Shown here: positions 18,714 through 28,291 of the stretch, piece by piece
Position numbering within the stretch: position 1 is the stretch's first letter
Layout: every line of letters starts with the position of its first letter
Source of the DNA: Sphingomonadales bacterium
GTDB lineage: Bacteria > Pseudomonadota > Alphaproteobacteria > Sphingomonadales > Sphingomonadaceae
Assembly: GCA_031408195.1 (NCBI GenBank)
Contig: JANNVL010000082.1
Location: 16,298-80,297 of the forward strand
Reading direction: 5' to 3'
DNA length: 64,000 bases
Position numbers and translations under genes: made by a program
Notes under the pieces: model-generated
Database searches by the model: none
What the model was told of the DNA's origin: nothing
What the model saw: the letters and a program-made list of their open reading frames with translations, nothing else

Positions 18714-19481
18714 GTGTCGATGATCGAACCCGACGCCACATTTCACCACTTCACGGCACTCGACGGTGCCCAACTCGTCTGGCATGAAATGGGGGCGGGC
18801 AGACCAGTGGTTCTGCTCCACGGCCTTTTCTCCGACGCGCGGACAAACTGGATCCGCTACGGACATGCCAAACTACTGATAGAAAACGGTTTTCGGGTCA
18901 TCATGCCCAATCTGCGCGCGCATGGATCGAGCGCAAAATCGCATGACCCGGCGGCCTATCCGACCGATGTTCTCGTCGATGACGGCCTGTCGCTGATCGC
19001 CCATCTGGGCCTCTCCGACTATGATCTTGGGGGGTATTCGCTGGGCGGGCGGACGGCACTGCGGATGGTCGTGCGGGGCGCAAAACCCCGTCGCCTGATC
19101 GTGTCGGGCATGGGTCTGTCGGGGCTTACCGACACCACCCCACGCACGAATCACTTCAAGCACATTCTCGATAACCTTGGCCGATTCGAAAAGTTTACGC
19201 CCGAACGGAATGCCGAGTCGTTCCTGAAGACGACTCGGGGTGATTCGGTGGCATTGCGGCTGCTGCTCGACACATTTATTGACACTTCGCCGGAATCGAT
19301 TGCGGAAATTGCGGTTCCGACTCTGGTTTTGTCGGGCGAAGAGGACAGCGACAATGGATCGGTCGAGGCGCTGGCCGCGCTGCTTACCGATGCCCGTCTT
19401 GTCCGCACCCCCGGCGGCCATATGAGCGCCGTGACCAAGCCCGAACTGGGGCAAGCTATCGCCGATTTCCTGACCGCTTGA
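18714..19481 (+). CDS. Alpha/beta-fold hydrolase
   Basis: VVLLHGLFS, NLRAHGSS, GYSLG nucleophile elbow, PGGHMSA. Confidence 0.85.
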   Translation: MSMIEPDATFHHFTALDGAQLVWHEMGAGRPVVLLHGLFSDARTNWIRYGHAKLLIENGFRVIMPNLRAHGSSAKSHDPAAYPTDVLVDDGLSLIAHLGLSDYDLGGYSLGGRTALRMVVRGAKPRRLIVSGMGLSGLTDTTPRTNHFKHILDNLGRFEKFTPERNAESFLKTTRGDSVALRLLLDTFIDTSPESIAEIAVPTLVLSGEEDSDNGSVEALAALLTDARLVRTPGGHMSAVTKPELGQAIADFLTA

Positions 19482-19538
19482 TTCGGCCCGGAAGCGCGCT
19501 CAAGCAAGGCGCATCAAGATTTCGGAAGGAACCCAAAA

Positions 19539-21404
19539 GTGAAGTATTCGCTCGTTTCCGCGCTGGCACTGACCATCGCGACGCCCGCTGTCGCGCAAAA
19601 TGCTGCGCCGGTTACTGCGCCGACCGCAGCGGATGCCGATGCCTTTGTGGCGGCCGCTGAAAAGGAAGCATTCGATTTCAGCATTTTCGGCAGCCAGGTC
19701 GCCTGGGTCAACAACACCTATATCACCGACGATACCGACGCCTTGAACGCGCGCGTAGGGACGCAGGGGACCGAAATGGGGGTGCGTTACGCCAAGGGGG
19801 CGGCGCGGTTCAACGATGTTGCGGGCCTGTCATACGACACGAAGCGCAAACTCGACATGCTGCGCCAGGGACTCGTGCTGCCTGCGCCTTCGACGCCGGG
19901 TGCCGCGACCGAGCTCAACACGATCGCGACGCGACTGAATTCGACCTATGGCAAGGGCAAGGGCACGCTGAAGGGTGCGGCAATTAACGGTTCGGACATC
20001 GAGGCGGCAATGGGAACGAGCCGCAATCCTGACGAACTGAAAGAGATGTGGGCAAGCTGGCACACCCAAGTCGGTGCGCCGATGAAGGCCGATTACGCCC
20101 GCATGGTCGAAATCGCCAATCAGGGTGCCAAGGAGCTCGGCTATGCCGATGTCGGCGCGATGTGGCGCTCGGGCTATGACATGACGCCCGAGCAATTCGC
20201 GGCGCTAACCGACAAGCTCTGGGCGGAGGTCAAGCCGCTCTACGACCAGGTCCATTGCTACACCCGCGCCAAGCTCAACGAGAAATACGGCGACGCGGTG
20301 CAGGCCAAGACCGGCCCGATCCGTGCCGACCTGCTCGGCAATATGTGGGCGCAGGAATGGGGCGATGTTTACGATATCGTCGCACCAAAGGGCGCAGGTG
20401 ACGTGGGCTACGAGATCGGCGACCTGCTGAAGTCTAAGGGCTATATCGAAACCGATCCGCGCGAAACCGATGCGGCGAAACGCGGCAAGTGGGAAACCGC
20501 GATGTTCAAGATCGGCGAGGGTTTTTTCTCGTCGTTGGGTTTCGCGCCACTACCGAAAACATTCTGGGAACGCACCCAGTTCATCAAGCCGCTCGACCGC
20601 GATGTGGCGTGCCATGCCAGCGCATGGAATCTTGACCAGAAAGACGATCTCCGAGTCAAAATGTGTACGAAGGTCAATGGCAACGACTTTGTGACGATCC
20701 ACCACGAACTCGGCCACAACTATTACCAGCGCGCCTATAACAAGCAGCCGTATCTGTATCTCAATGGCGCAAACGACGGATTCCACGAGGCGATCGGCGA
20801 CACCGTCGCGCTGTCGATCACACCGCAATATCTGGTCCAGATCGGGTTGCTTGCGCCCGACAAGGTGCCGAGTGCCGACAAGGACATCGGCCTGCTGCTG
20901 AAACAGGCAATGGACAAGGTCGCGTTCCTGCCCTTCGGCCTGCTGGTCGATCGCTGGCGCTGGGGCGTTTTCGACGGGAGCACGACGCCCGCCAACTACA
21001 ACAAGGCGTGGACCGCACTGCGCCTGAAGTATCAGGGGATTACGCCGCCGGTCGCGCGCGACGATGCGACTGCATTCGATGCGGGTGCGAAGTACCACAT
21101 CCCCGGCAACACGCCCTACACGCGCTACTTCCTCGCGCGACTGCTGCAATTCCAGTTCTACGAAGCGGCCTGCAAGCAGGCCGGATGGAAGGGGCCGCTG
21201 CATCGCTGTTCGTTCTACGGCAACAAGGAAGTCGGCAAGCGATTCAATGCGATGCTGGAAATGGGCGCGTCGAAGCCGTGGCCCGACGCGCTGCAGGCGT
21301 TCACCGGAAGCCGCGAAATGAGCGGCAAGTCGATGATCGCGTACTTCAAGCCGCTGATGAGCTGGCTGAAAACGCAGAACAAGGGGCAGAGCTGTAGCTG
21401 GTAG
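19539..21404 (+). CDS. M2-family zinc peptidyl-dipeptidase (ACE-like), secreted
   Basis: Signal peptide; LLGNMWAQEW, CHASAW, HHELGH (HExxH), GANDGFHEAIGD, FDAGAKYHIP. Confidence 0.92.
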   Translation: MKYSLVSALALTIATPAVAQNAAPVTAPTAADADAFVAAAEKEAFDFSIFGSQVAWVNNTYITDDTDALNARVGTQGTEMGVRYAKGAARFNDVAGLSYDTKRKLDMLRQGLVLPAPSTPGAATELNTIATRLNSTYGKGKGTLKGAAINGSDIEAAMGTSRNPDELKEMWASWHTQVGAPMKADYARMVEIANQGAKELGYADVGAMWRSGYDMTPEQFAALTDKLWAEVKPLYDQVHCYTRAKLNEKYGDAVQAKTGPIRADLLGNMWAQEWGDVYDIVAPKGAGDVGYEIGDLLKSKGYIETDPRETDAAKRGKWETAMFKIGEGFFSSLGFAPLPKTFWERTQFIKPLDRDVACHASAWNLDQKDDLRVKMCTKVNGNDFVTIHHELGHNYYQRAYNKQPYLYLNGANDGFHEAIGDTVALSITPQYLVQIGLLAPDKVPSADKDIGLLLKQAMDKVAFLPFGLLVDRWRWGVFDGSTTPANYNKAWTALRLKYQGITPPVARDDATAFDAGAKYHIPGNTPYTRYFLARLLQFQFYEAACKQAGWKGPLHRCSFYGNKEVGKRFNAMLEMGASKPWPDALQAFTGSREMSGKSMIAYFKPLMSWLKTQNKGQSCSW

Positions 21405-21416
21405 AATGTGAGCCGC

Positions 21417-23198
21417 TTACACCCTCAGCCGCGCGACCATCTGGCGCAGCAGTGCCAGCATGGTCTGCGGAAAGGCAGTCAGGAACCGCTCGAACCGCTC
21501 GTAGCTGAGGGTCAACACGTTGGTTTCGGCGTCGGCGCGCAGTGACGCCGTGCGGTGCAGACCAGCGAAGAGTCCGTATTCGCCCGACAGTGCACCCGGA
21601 CCAAGCGACGCTACGGTCGCGCCTGCTGTATCAACCACGGTGAGGGAGCCGATTTCGACGAGGTAGACATGGTCCGCCGCGTCGCCCGCGCGGCAGAGCC
21701 AGTCGTTGGCCGCAACATGCTGCGGCTCGAACATCGTGGCGAGCAAGGCCAATTCGGTCGCGGGCACGTCGGCGAAGACGGGGTTCTCTACCAGCAGCGC
21801 CACGCGCGCCGCGATCGTCTTGGCGGGTAATTCGGCGATGCACAGATTGAAAAACCGGGTCGCGCGGGCAAGTTGTGCGCGCCAGCGGCGGTTCTCTGTG
21901 AAATTGCGCGGCGGCAGGATGCTGGCGTCGCCGGTCAGCCGGGCCGCTTCGCGAAGGCCCGAGAGATAGGCACCGTGCGCGGTTCCCCAATGCATTTCGC
22001 TACTTGCTTCGCCCGCGAACAACAGCGTGGCGCCGACCGGTGCCGCGAGTGCCGCCCGGTCTTCGGGCGTCGAGCCGATGGCTGCGTAACTATAGGCACC
22101 GAACGCGAAAGGATCGCTCGACCAACCGGTTCGGTGCAGGGCGACCGGCGCCGGACAATCACGCCCAAGCGCGCGGGCAATGGCATCCCGCGCAAAGGCA
22201 ATGGCCGCTGCATCGTCCATCGCTTCTACGGCAACGCCGGCACGGCCTCCGATCAGCACGGTCAGCCGCGCCGCACCACCGACGGGCAGGTCGCTAACCA
22301 CGAAGCAGGGTGTTGCACTGTCGCCGCCGCCCTCGACACCGAAACAATAAGGGCCGGCGGGCCAGAACGGCGCAGCAAAATCAAGCGCGACTTTGGCGAG
22401 CGTGCCGACCCCGAGCCGGGCAATCGCCACGGTCTTTGCCTCGGGAAGCGGCGGATCAAAGGCGATCTGTTCCCGTTTCAGCACACCGAGCGGGATCGTC
22501 ACGATCGCGGCGGCAGCAGTGTGGATGCCGCGCGTCGTCATGACCGTGATACCGTCGACATCGTGCTTGATCGCAACCACGCTCTCGCCGGTGAGGATGT
22601 TGAGTCCTTCGGCCAGCACTTCGGCAAAGCGCGAGAACCCGCCGCGCACGACGCTGTCGCCATAGCCATAGACCTCGAACCCTGCGTCCCAATAGCGCGC
22701 TGACATCTGCGCGGGATCGCACGCGCAATTGTCACGAACGAGCGCGTGTAGGTGCCAGCAGGCGTGTGCCCGATCCGCAAGTGACAGGCCAAGTTCGGTC
22801 ATCGCTTGTTCGGCGACATCGGCGATCGAGACGTCGTCACCGTCCTGACTTCTCAACTTGTCGATCCGGTCGGCAACATGGTCAGCAGCAAGGATGCTAT
22901 CGTCGCGGGCGAAGCCGTCGGGGAAGGCGAGGCGCTCCCAGGAACCGGTATAGGTGCTGTCGCCGCCGACAAAGACCAGCGGCAGTTCGTGGCGGTGGGC
23001 AAGCGAGGTAAGCGGATTGCCCTCGGTCTCGTGAATCCAGTGCGCGCCCAAGTCGATGCCATCGATACTGTGCACCCGCCCGCCGATGCGGTCGCGCCCT
23101 TCGATGATGCGGACACTGCGCCCGGCATCGGTCAGCGCGCGGGCAGCAGCAAGGCCCGCTAGACCTGCGCCTATGACAAGGACATCAACGGGTTTCAA
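21417..23198 (-). CDS. Flavin-dependent amine oxidase (MAO/PAO/LSD1 fold) fused to a C-terminal cyclic-nucleotide-binding domain
   Basis: IGAGLAGLAAA, EGRDRIGGR, DLGAHWIH, FAGEA...GTAHGAYLSGLREA, then a cNMP domain with GEYGLFAGLHRTASLRA. TTG start overlaps the upstream TGA. Confidence 0.85.
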   Translation of the reverse strand: MKPVDVLVIGAGLAGLAAARALTDAGRSVRIIEGRDRIGGRVHSIDGIDLGAHWIHETEGNPLTSLAHRHELPLVFVGGDSTYTGSWERLAFPDGFARDDSILAADHVADRIDKLRSQDGDDVSIADVAEQAMTELGLSLADRAHACWHLHALVRDNCACDPAQMSARYWDAGFEVYGYGDSVVRGGFSRFAEVLAEGLNILTGESVVAIKHDVDGITVMTTRGIHTAAAAIVTIPLGVLKREQIAFDPPLPEAKTVAIARLGVGTLAKVALDFAAPFWPAGPYCFGVEGGGDSATPCFVVSDLPVGGAARLTVLIGGRAGVAVEAMDDAAAIAFARDAIARALGRDCPAPVALHRTGWSSDPFAFGAYSYAAIGSTPEDRAALAAPVGATLLFAGEASSEMHWGTAHGAYLSGLREAARLTGDASILPPRNFTENRRWRAQLARATRFFNLCIAELPAKTIAARVALLVENPVFADVPATELALLATMFEPQHVAANDWLCRAGDAADHVYLVEIGSLTVVDTAGATVASLGPGALSGEYGLFAGLHRTASLRADAETNVLTLSYERFERFLTAFPQTMLALLRQMVARLRV

Positions 23199-23629
23199 CG
23201 TGCCGCCCGCCCTAGGCGTTCGAAAGCCGTCACCGCGATCGTGTAGAACACAGCGTCAGCCACGACCTTTCCGACGATAACGCCCAGCGCCGGACCCAGT
23301 AGCCAAACGGCGAGCCACGTTGTGCCCGGCCGAACGATCAGGAAATCGACCAGTTCGGCGGCACCGAATTCGGCAAGCAAGTTCCGCAGCATCCGCAATA
23401 ATTTGGCAGGGCTGCGGGGCGCGGGCAGCGCAGAATAGTCGCGCCCGCCGACAACGCCGTAGAACCCGATGTTCTCGCCGAACGCAGCGCCATAGGCGGC
23501 AAGTGCCGGGCCACCGCCGGCCAGCGTGACAACGTAATAGCCGGCGTAGCTGCCCAGCGTGCCCGCCAATTCGGCCAGCCCATAGCGCCGCACCCAGCTA
23601 TACCATCGTGCCTGTCGCCACCTGTGCAT
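23195..23629 (-). CDS. Hypothetical 144-aa integral membrane protein (GtrA-like topology possible)
   Basis: The last 144 codons of the 980-aa shadow ORF, from ATG 23629 ([10 protein letters not shown]...[14 protein letters not shown]), lie outside lon, are hydrophobic and are coupled to the oxidase by TTGA. Confidence 0.65.
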   Translation of the reverse strand: MHRWRQARWYSWVRRYGLAELAGTLGSYAGYYVVTLAGGGPALAAYGAAFGENIGFYGVVGGRDYSALPAPRSPAKLLRMLRNLLAEFGAAELVDFLIVRPGTTWLAVWLLGPALGVIVGKVVADAVFYTIAVTAFERLGRAAR

Positions 23630-23708
23630 CCGGGCAAACTCCCTTCGCTCGGATGCATTAGGGAGAATTCGGCCATGCGATGCAAGTTTGGCATTTCTAC
23701 GCTGTATG

Positions 23709-23736
23709 TTGCAGGGCCGTCTCCATCCCCCCATAT
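23709..23736 (+). promoter_or_regulatory. RpoH (sigma32)-type promoter candidate for lon
   Basis: TTG at 23709-23711 and CCCCATAT at 23729-23736, ending 7 nt before the lon ATG. Confidence 0.45.
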
Positions 23737-23743
23737 GTGGCCC

Positions 23744-26140
23744 ATGAGCGAAATCTTCCCCGTCCTCCCACTGCGCGACATCGTCGTGTTTCCGCAGATG
23801 ATCGTCCCTCTGTTCGTCGGCCGCGACAAGTCGGTGTCGGCACTCGAAGCCGCGATGGCGGCCGACAAGGAGATTTTCCTGGTCGCGCAACTCGACCCGG
23901 CGGAGGACGATCCCGACCGCGACGATCTTTACGATCTTGGCGTGGTCGCCAGTGTCGTGCAGTTGCTGAAACTGCCCGACGGCACCGTTCGTGTGCTCGT
24001 CGAGGGTAAACGGCGCGCCAAGCTCGTCGAGTTGATGGGCACCGATGGCCATTTGAGCGCGACGATTGCCGAGGTCGGCGATCTGGAAGCGACAGGCGAC
24101 GAAGTCACCGCGCTGATGCGGTCGGTCGTCGATCAGTTCGATAACTACGCCAAGCTCAACAAGAAGCTGCCGGCCGAAACCGCCGTACAGCTTGCCGATT
24201 TCGAGGAGCCGGGGCGGCTTGCCGATGCGGTTGCGGCCAATATTTCGGTCAAGGTCGCCGACAAGCAAGCGCTGCTTGCCGAGGCCGATCCCGCCAAGCG
24301 GCTGGAGATGGTGTTCGCCTTCATGGAGGGCGAGCTCGGCGTGCTGCAGGTCGAGAAGAAAATCCGGGGGCGCGTGAAACGCCAGATGGAGAAGACCCAG
24401 CGCGAATATTACCTCAACGAGCAATTGAAGGCGATCCAGCGCGAGCTGGGCAACGACGGCGAGGAAGGCGACGGCAACGAGATTGCCGAACTGACCCACA
24501 AGATCGCCAATCTGAAACTGTCGAAGGAAGCGCGCACCAAGGCCACGGCGGAGCTTAAGAAGCTCAAGACCATGGCACCGATGTCTGCCGAGGCGACGGT
24601 GGTCCGCAATTATCTCGACGTGTTGCTGGGTCTGCCGTGGGGCAAGAAGTCGAAGCTGAAAAAGGATCTGGTCGCGGCACAGGCGGTCCTCGACGACGAT
24701 CATTATGCGCTCGACAAGGTCAAGGACCGGATCATCGAATATCTCGCGGTGCAGTCGCGCACCGGCAAGCTGAAGGGGCCGATCCTGTGTCTCGTCGGCC
24801 CGCCGGGCGTCGGCAAGACCTCGCTGGGCAAGAGCATTGCCAAGGCGACGGGGCGCGAATTCATCCGCCAGTCGCTGGGCGGCGTGCGCGACGAGGCCGA
24901 AATTCGCGGCCACCGGCGCACCTATATTGGCTCGCTGCCGGGCAAGATCGTCACCAACCTGAAAAAGGCTGGAACCAGCAACCCGCTGTTCCTGCTCGAC
25001 GAAATCGACAAGCTGGGCCAGGATTTCCGCGGCGATCCGGCCTCGGCTTTGCTCGAGGTGCTCGACCCCGAACAGAACGGCAAGTTCCAGGACCATTACC
25101 TGGAGGTCGATATCGACCTGTCGGACGTGATGTTCGTGACGACCGCGAACACGCTCAACCTGCCGCAGCCGCTGCTCGACCGGATGGAGATCATCCGGCT
25201 GGAGGGCTATACCGAGGACGAGAAGGTCGAGATCGCCAAGCGCCACCTGATCGAAAAGCAGATCGAGGCGCACGGGTTGAAGGGTGCGGAATTCGTTCTG
25301 ACCGACGAGGGTCTGCGCTCGCTGATCCAGCACTATACGCGCGAAGCTGGTGTCCGCACACTTGAGCGCGAGATCGCCAAGCTGGCGCGCAAGGTGTTGC
25401 GCCAGATACTGGAAAAGAAAGTCACCGGCGTCACGATCACCGCCGACAATCTTCACGAGTTTGCGGGCGTGCGTAAGTTCACGCACGGGCTGGGCGAAGA
25501 AGAAAACCAGATCGGCGCCGTCACCGGCCTTGCCTGGACCGAGGTCGGCGGCGAATTGCTGACGATCGAGGCGGTGACGGTGCAGGGCAAGGGCGCGGTG
25601 CGCTCTACCGGCAAGCTCGGCGACGTGATGGGTGAATCGATCCAGACCGCGCTCAGCTATGTGAAGGCGCGCGCGCCGTCGTACGGCATCAAGCCGAGCT
25701 TGTTCGCGCGCAAGGATTTGCACATCCATTTGCCCGAAGGCGCGGTGCCGAAGGACGGCCCGTCGGCGGGCGTCGGCATGGTCACCGCGATGGTGTCGAC
25801 GCTCACCGGCACGCCCGTACGCCGCGACATTGCAATGACGGGTGAAGTGACCTTGCGGGGACGGGTACTGCCCATCGGCGGTCTCAAGGAGAAACTGCTC
25901 GCGGCGCTGCGCGGGGGCATCACCACGGTGCTGATCCCGCACGAGAACGAGAAGGATTTGGTCGAAATCCCCGCGAACATCCGCGAGGGATTGAAGATCA
26001 TTCCTGTCCGCCATGTCGATGAAGTGCTCGCGCTGGCGCTGACCGAGCCGTTGGTGGCGATCGAATGGACCGAGGCCGACGAGCTTGCCGCCCAGCCACC
26101 GGCCGCAGCTGCCCTGTCCGAGGAAACAGTCCGGCATTGA
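23744..26140 (+). CDS. lon: ATP-dependent protease La
   Basis: [43 protein letters not shown]. Start ATG 23744. Confidence 0.98.
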   Translation: MSEIFPVLPLRDIVVFPQMIVPLFVGRDKSVSALEAAMAADKEIFLVAQLDPAEDDPDRDDLYDLGVVASVVQLLKLPDGTVRVLVEGKRRAKLVELMGTDGHLSATIAEVGDLEATGDEVTALMRSVVDQFDNYAKLNKKLPAETAVQLADFEEPGRLADAVAANISVKVADKQALLAEADPAKRLEMVFAFMEGELGVLQVEKKIRGRVKRQMEKTQREYYLNEQLKAIQRELGNDGEEGDGNEIAELTHKIANLKLSKEARTKATAELKKLKTMAPMSAEATVVRNYLDVLLGLPWGKKSKLKKDLVAAQAVLDDDHYALDKVKDRIIEYLAVQSRTGKLKGPILCLVGPPGVGKTSLGKSIAKATGREFIRQSLGGVRDEAEIRGHRRTYIGSLPGKIVTNLKKAGTSNPLFLLDEIDKLGQDFRGDPASALLEVLDPEQNGKFQDHYLEVDIDLSDVMFVTTANTLNLPQPLLDRMEIIRLEGYTEDEKVEIAKRHLIEKQIEAHGLKGAEFVLTDEGLRSLIQHYTREAGVRTLEREIAKLARKVLRQILEKKVTGVTITADNLHEFAGVRKFTHGLGEEENQIGAVTGLAWTEVGGELLTIEAVTVQGKGAVRSTGKLGDVMGESIQTALSYVKARAPSYGIKPSLFARKDLHIHLPEGAVPKDGPSAGVGMVTAMVSTLTGTPVRRDIAMTGEVTLRGRVLPIGGLKEKLLAALRGGITTVLIPHENEKDLVEIPANIREGLKIIPVRHVDEVLALALTEPLVAIEWTEADELAAQPPAAAALSEETVRH

Positions 26141-26188
26141 GCGCCCGCGTATTCCGTCGGGTAATTGGCGATTTATGGCGTTTTTGTT

Positions 26189-26218
26189 TTGACAGACGGC
26201 GGTCTTGCGTCGTTATGT
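26189..26218 (+). promoter_or_regulatory. Sigma70-like promoter candidate for hupB
   Basis: Perfect TTGACA at 26189-26194 with TATGT-like -10 at about 26213-26218. Confidence 0.4.
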
Positions 26219-26278
26219 CCTTCCTTCGCGCCCCCGATTCCGCAGGGGCGCACTGGTTTACACAGGGGAATTCAGGGC

Positions 26279-26551
26279 ATGAACAAACAGGAATTGATCG
26301 GCCATGTCGCGGACACGGCGGGACTGTCGAAGGGCGACGCGGTCAAGGCAGTCGAAGCCGTATTCGACACGATCACGGCGACGCTGAAAAAGGGCGGCGA
26401 AGTCCGTCTGGTCGGGTTCGGCACCTTCTCTGTGTCGAAACGCAAGGCATCAACCGGCCGCAACCCGCGCACCGGCGAACCGATGGCAATCAAGGCATCG
26501 TCGCAGCCCAAGTTCAAATCGGGCAAGGGTTTGAAGGACAGCGTCAACTAA
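26279..26551 (+). CDS. hupB: DNA-binding protein HU
   Basis: MNKQELI...GFGTFSV...GRNPRTGE...PKFKSGKGLKD. Start ATG 26279. Confidence 0.95.
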   Translation: MNKQELIGHVADTAGLSKGDAVKAVEAVFDTITATLKKGGEVRLVGFGTFSVSKRKASTGRNPRTGEPMAIKASSQPKFKSGKGLKDSVN

Positions 26552-26615
26552 CCCAGCCGAAACCGATTGACCCGCCGACCGGCGTCGCTATCAGCGCCGC
26601 TCGGTCCCGGGCATC

Positions 26616-26690
<75 letters not shown>

Positions 26691-26731
26691 CCGCGCAGCG
26701 CGGGGCACGATTAGTGAAGCTAATCAGACCT

Positions 26732-26869
26732 CACGCAAGCGCAGCCGGCCTTGCGAAGCCAAGGACCGACGTCGCGGCTTTGCCGCGACGCGCCACTAGA
26801 TAAATAGTCCCGCCGTGGCAAAGCCACGTCGTCGGTCCTCGCTTTGGCGAGGCCGTCCGGGCTTGCGTG
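26732..26869. repeat. 138-bp imperfect palindrome with nested hairpins (REP-like)
   Basis: CACGCAAGC...GGACCGACG...GGCTTTGCC is mirrored by GGCAAAGCC...CGTCGGTCC...GCTTGCGTG. Confidence 0.8.
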
Positions 26870-26908
26870 TCTCGACGCTAGCTCCGCTAGCGGCGTGCAC
26901 GCTACACC

Positions 26909-28279
26909 TCAAACAAACCCCAAATTCCATGTCGACGCATTGTAGTTCCCCATGTTGGGCAACACCGTGGTCATGTCGGAATTCGCAACGCCAAACCAGT
27001 TCGCCAAGGTCGAGGCATATTGATCGACCGCGACCGCTGGCAGCAAGCGGCCCTGGCCGACATCGCTCGGGCCGTTGTTGGCGTATTCGGGTGCCGTTCC
27101 GAAGAACCGCCCGCCGTTGACTGCACCACCCAGCACGAAGTGCATCGATCCCCAGCCGTGGTCCGACCCGTCGGTGTTGGCGAGCAGGGTGCGCCCGAAA
27201 TCGGAGCCCGTGAACGACGTTACCTTGTCCGAAATGCCGAGTTCGACCGTCGCGTCGTAGAACGCTTTGGCCGAGGCGGCGACATTGGCGAGCAGGCCCG
27301 GATGTTGCGCGACCAGCGCGTCATGGTTGTCGAAGCCGCCGGTCGATACGAAGAACACCTGCCGCCGCGCGCCGAGCTGGCTCGACATCGAGATCGTGCG
27401 CGCCACGACTTGCAATTGCTGGCCGAGCGATGATGTCGGGAAAACCGTGCTCAGTGCAGGTGCCGCCGCGAGCGCGGTCGAAACCGCTGCATAGGCATCA
27501 AGCGAACGCTTCGACACCTTGGCATGTTCGTTGGCAAGCAAGCCGGGCGCAGTGCCGCCCATCATCGACTGGAGTGCGGAGCTTGCCGCTGCCGAGCCGA
27601 ACAGCGATGTGCGCGCGGTCAGCGCAATCGGCCCGCCAGTGCCGACCGAATATTGCACGGCCTGCCGCCCGGTCAGGAACACCGCATTGCCGCTGGCATT
27701 GATGCAGGTTAGCGTCGCATTGCCGTTGCCTGCCTGCATCAGGTCGCCGATGCGACCACCCCAGCCCGAATTCGCGCCTTCGGGGTTCGAGGCTTGCCAG
27801 AACGACTGCTGGTCGTTGTGCGAAAACAATTTGGGCGGGAGCCGAACCGAACGTGCGGTGTATTGCGCCTTGGTCGTCGGCTGGATCAGCGTGCCAACAT
27901 TGAGCACCGGGGCCATGCGACCAGCATTGAACACCGGCAACAACGGCGCGAGGCTAGGCGACAGCGCGAATTGCCGCCCGCCGGGCAGTGCAGTCGACGG
28001 ATTGAGCAAGGTCGCGGCCAGATCTGTGCGCTGATAGGCGAGCACGCTGCGCTGTGCCTGATAGGCGTTGTAGCTGGCTTGGTCGTACGGCGGCAGCGTG
28101 TTGGCCCAGTCGTTCCCGCCGAACAGGAAGATACAGACCAGCGCCTTGTAATCGGTATTCACCGATGCAGCCGCTTCGCCGATTGCGGCAAGGTTCATGA
28201 CGAACGGGCTTGCAGCGCCGACAATGCCGAGCGTCCCCGAACGCTTGAGAAAGGCGCGGCGCGATTGATCTTCGGTCAT
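26909..28279 (-). CDS. DUF1501-family protein with Tat signal
   Basis: SRRAFLK twin-arginine motif; LVCIFLFGGND, GGFDNH, SDFGRTL...GSDHGWG. Confidence 0.85.
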   Translation of the reverse strand: MTEDQSRRAFLKRSGTLGIVGAASPFVMNLAAIGEAAASVNTDYKALVCIFLFGGNDWANTLPPYDQASYNAYQAQRSVLAYQRTDLAATLLNPSTALPGGRQFALSPSLAPLLPVFNAGRMAPVLNVGTLIQPTTKAQYTARSVRLPPKLFSHNDQQSFWQASNPEGANSGWGGRIGDLMQAGNGNATLTCINASGNAVFLTGRQAVQYSVGTGGPIALTARTSLFGSAAASSALQSMMGGTAPGLLANEHAKVSKRSLDAYAAVSTALAAAPALSTVFPTSSLGQQLQVVARTISMSSQLGARRQVFFVSTGGFDNHDALVAQHPGLLANVAASAKAFYDATVELGISDKVTSFTGSDFGRTLLANTDGSDHGWGSMHFVLGGAVNGGRFFGTAPEYANNGPSDVGQGRLLPAVAVDQYASTLANWFGVANSDMTTVLPNMGNYNASTWNLGFV

Positions 28280-28291
28280 GCCCTTGTCCCC

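Noticed and set aside
23630-26137. 980-aa minus-strand ORF antisense to lon
   Set aside because: Shadow ORF produced by high-GC codon bias opposite a conserved gene, with no motifs. Only its last 144 codons, outside lon, are treated as a real gene.
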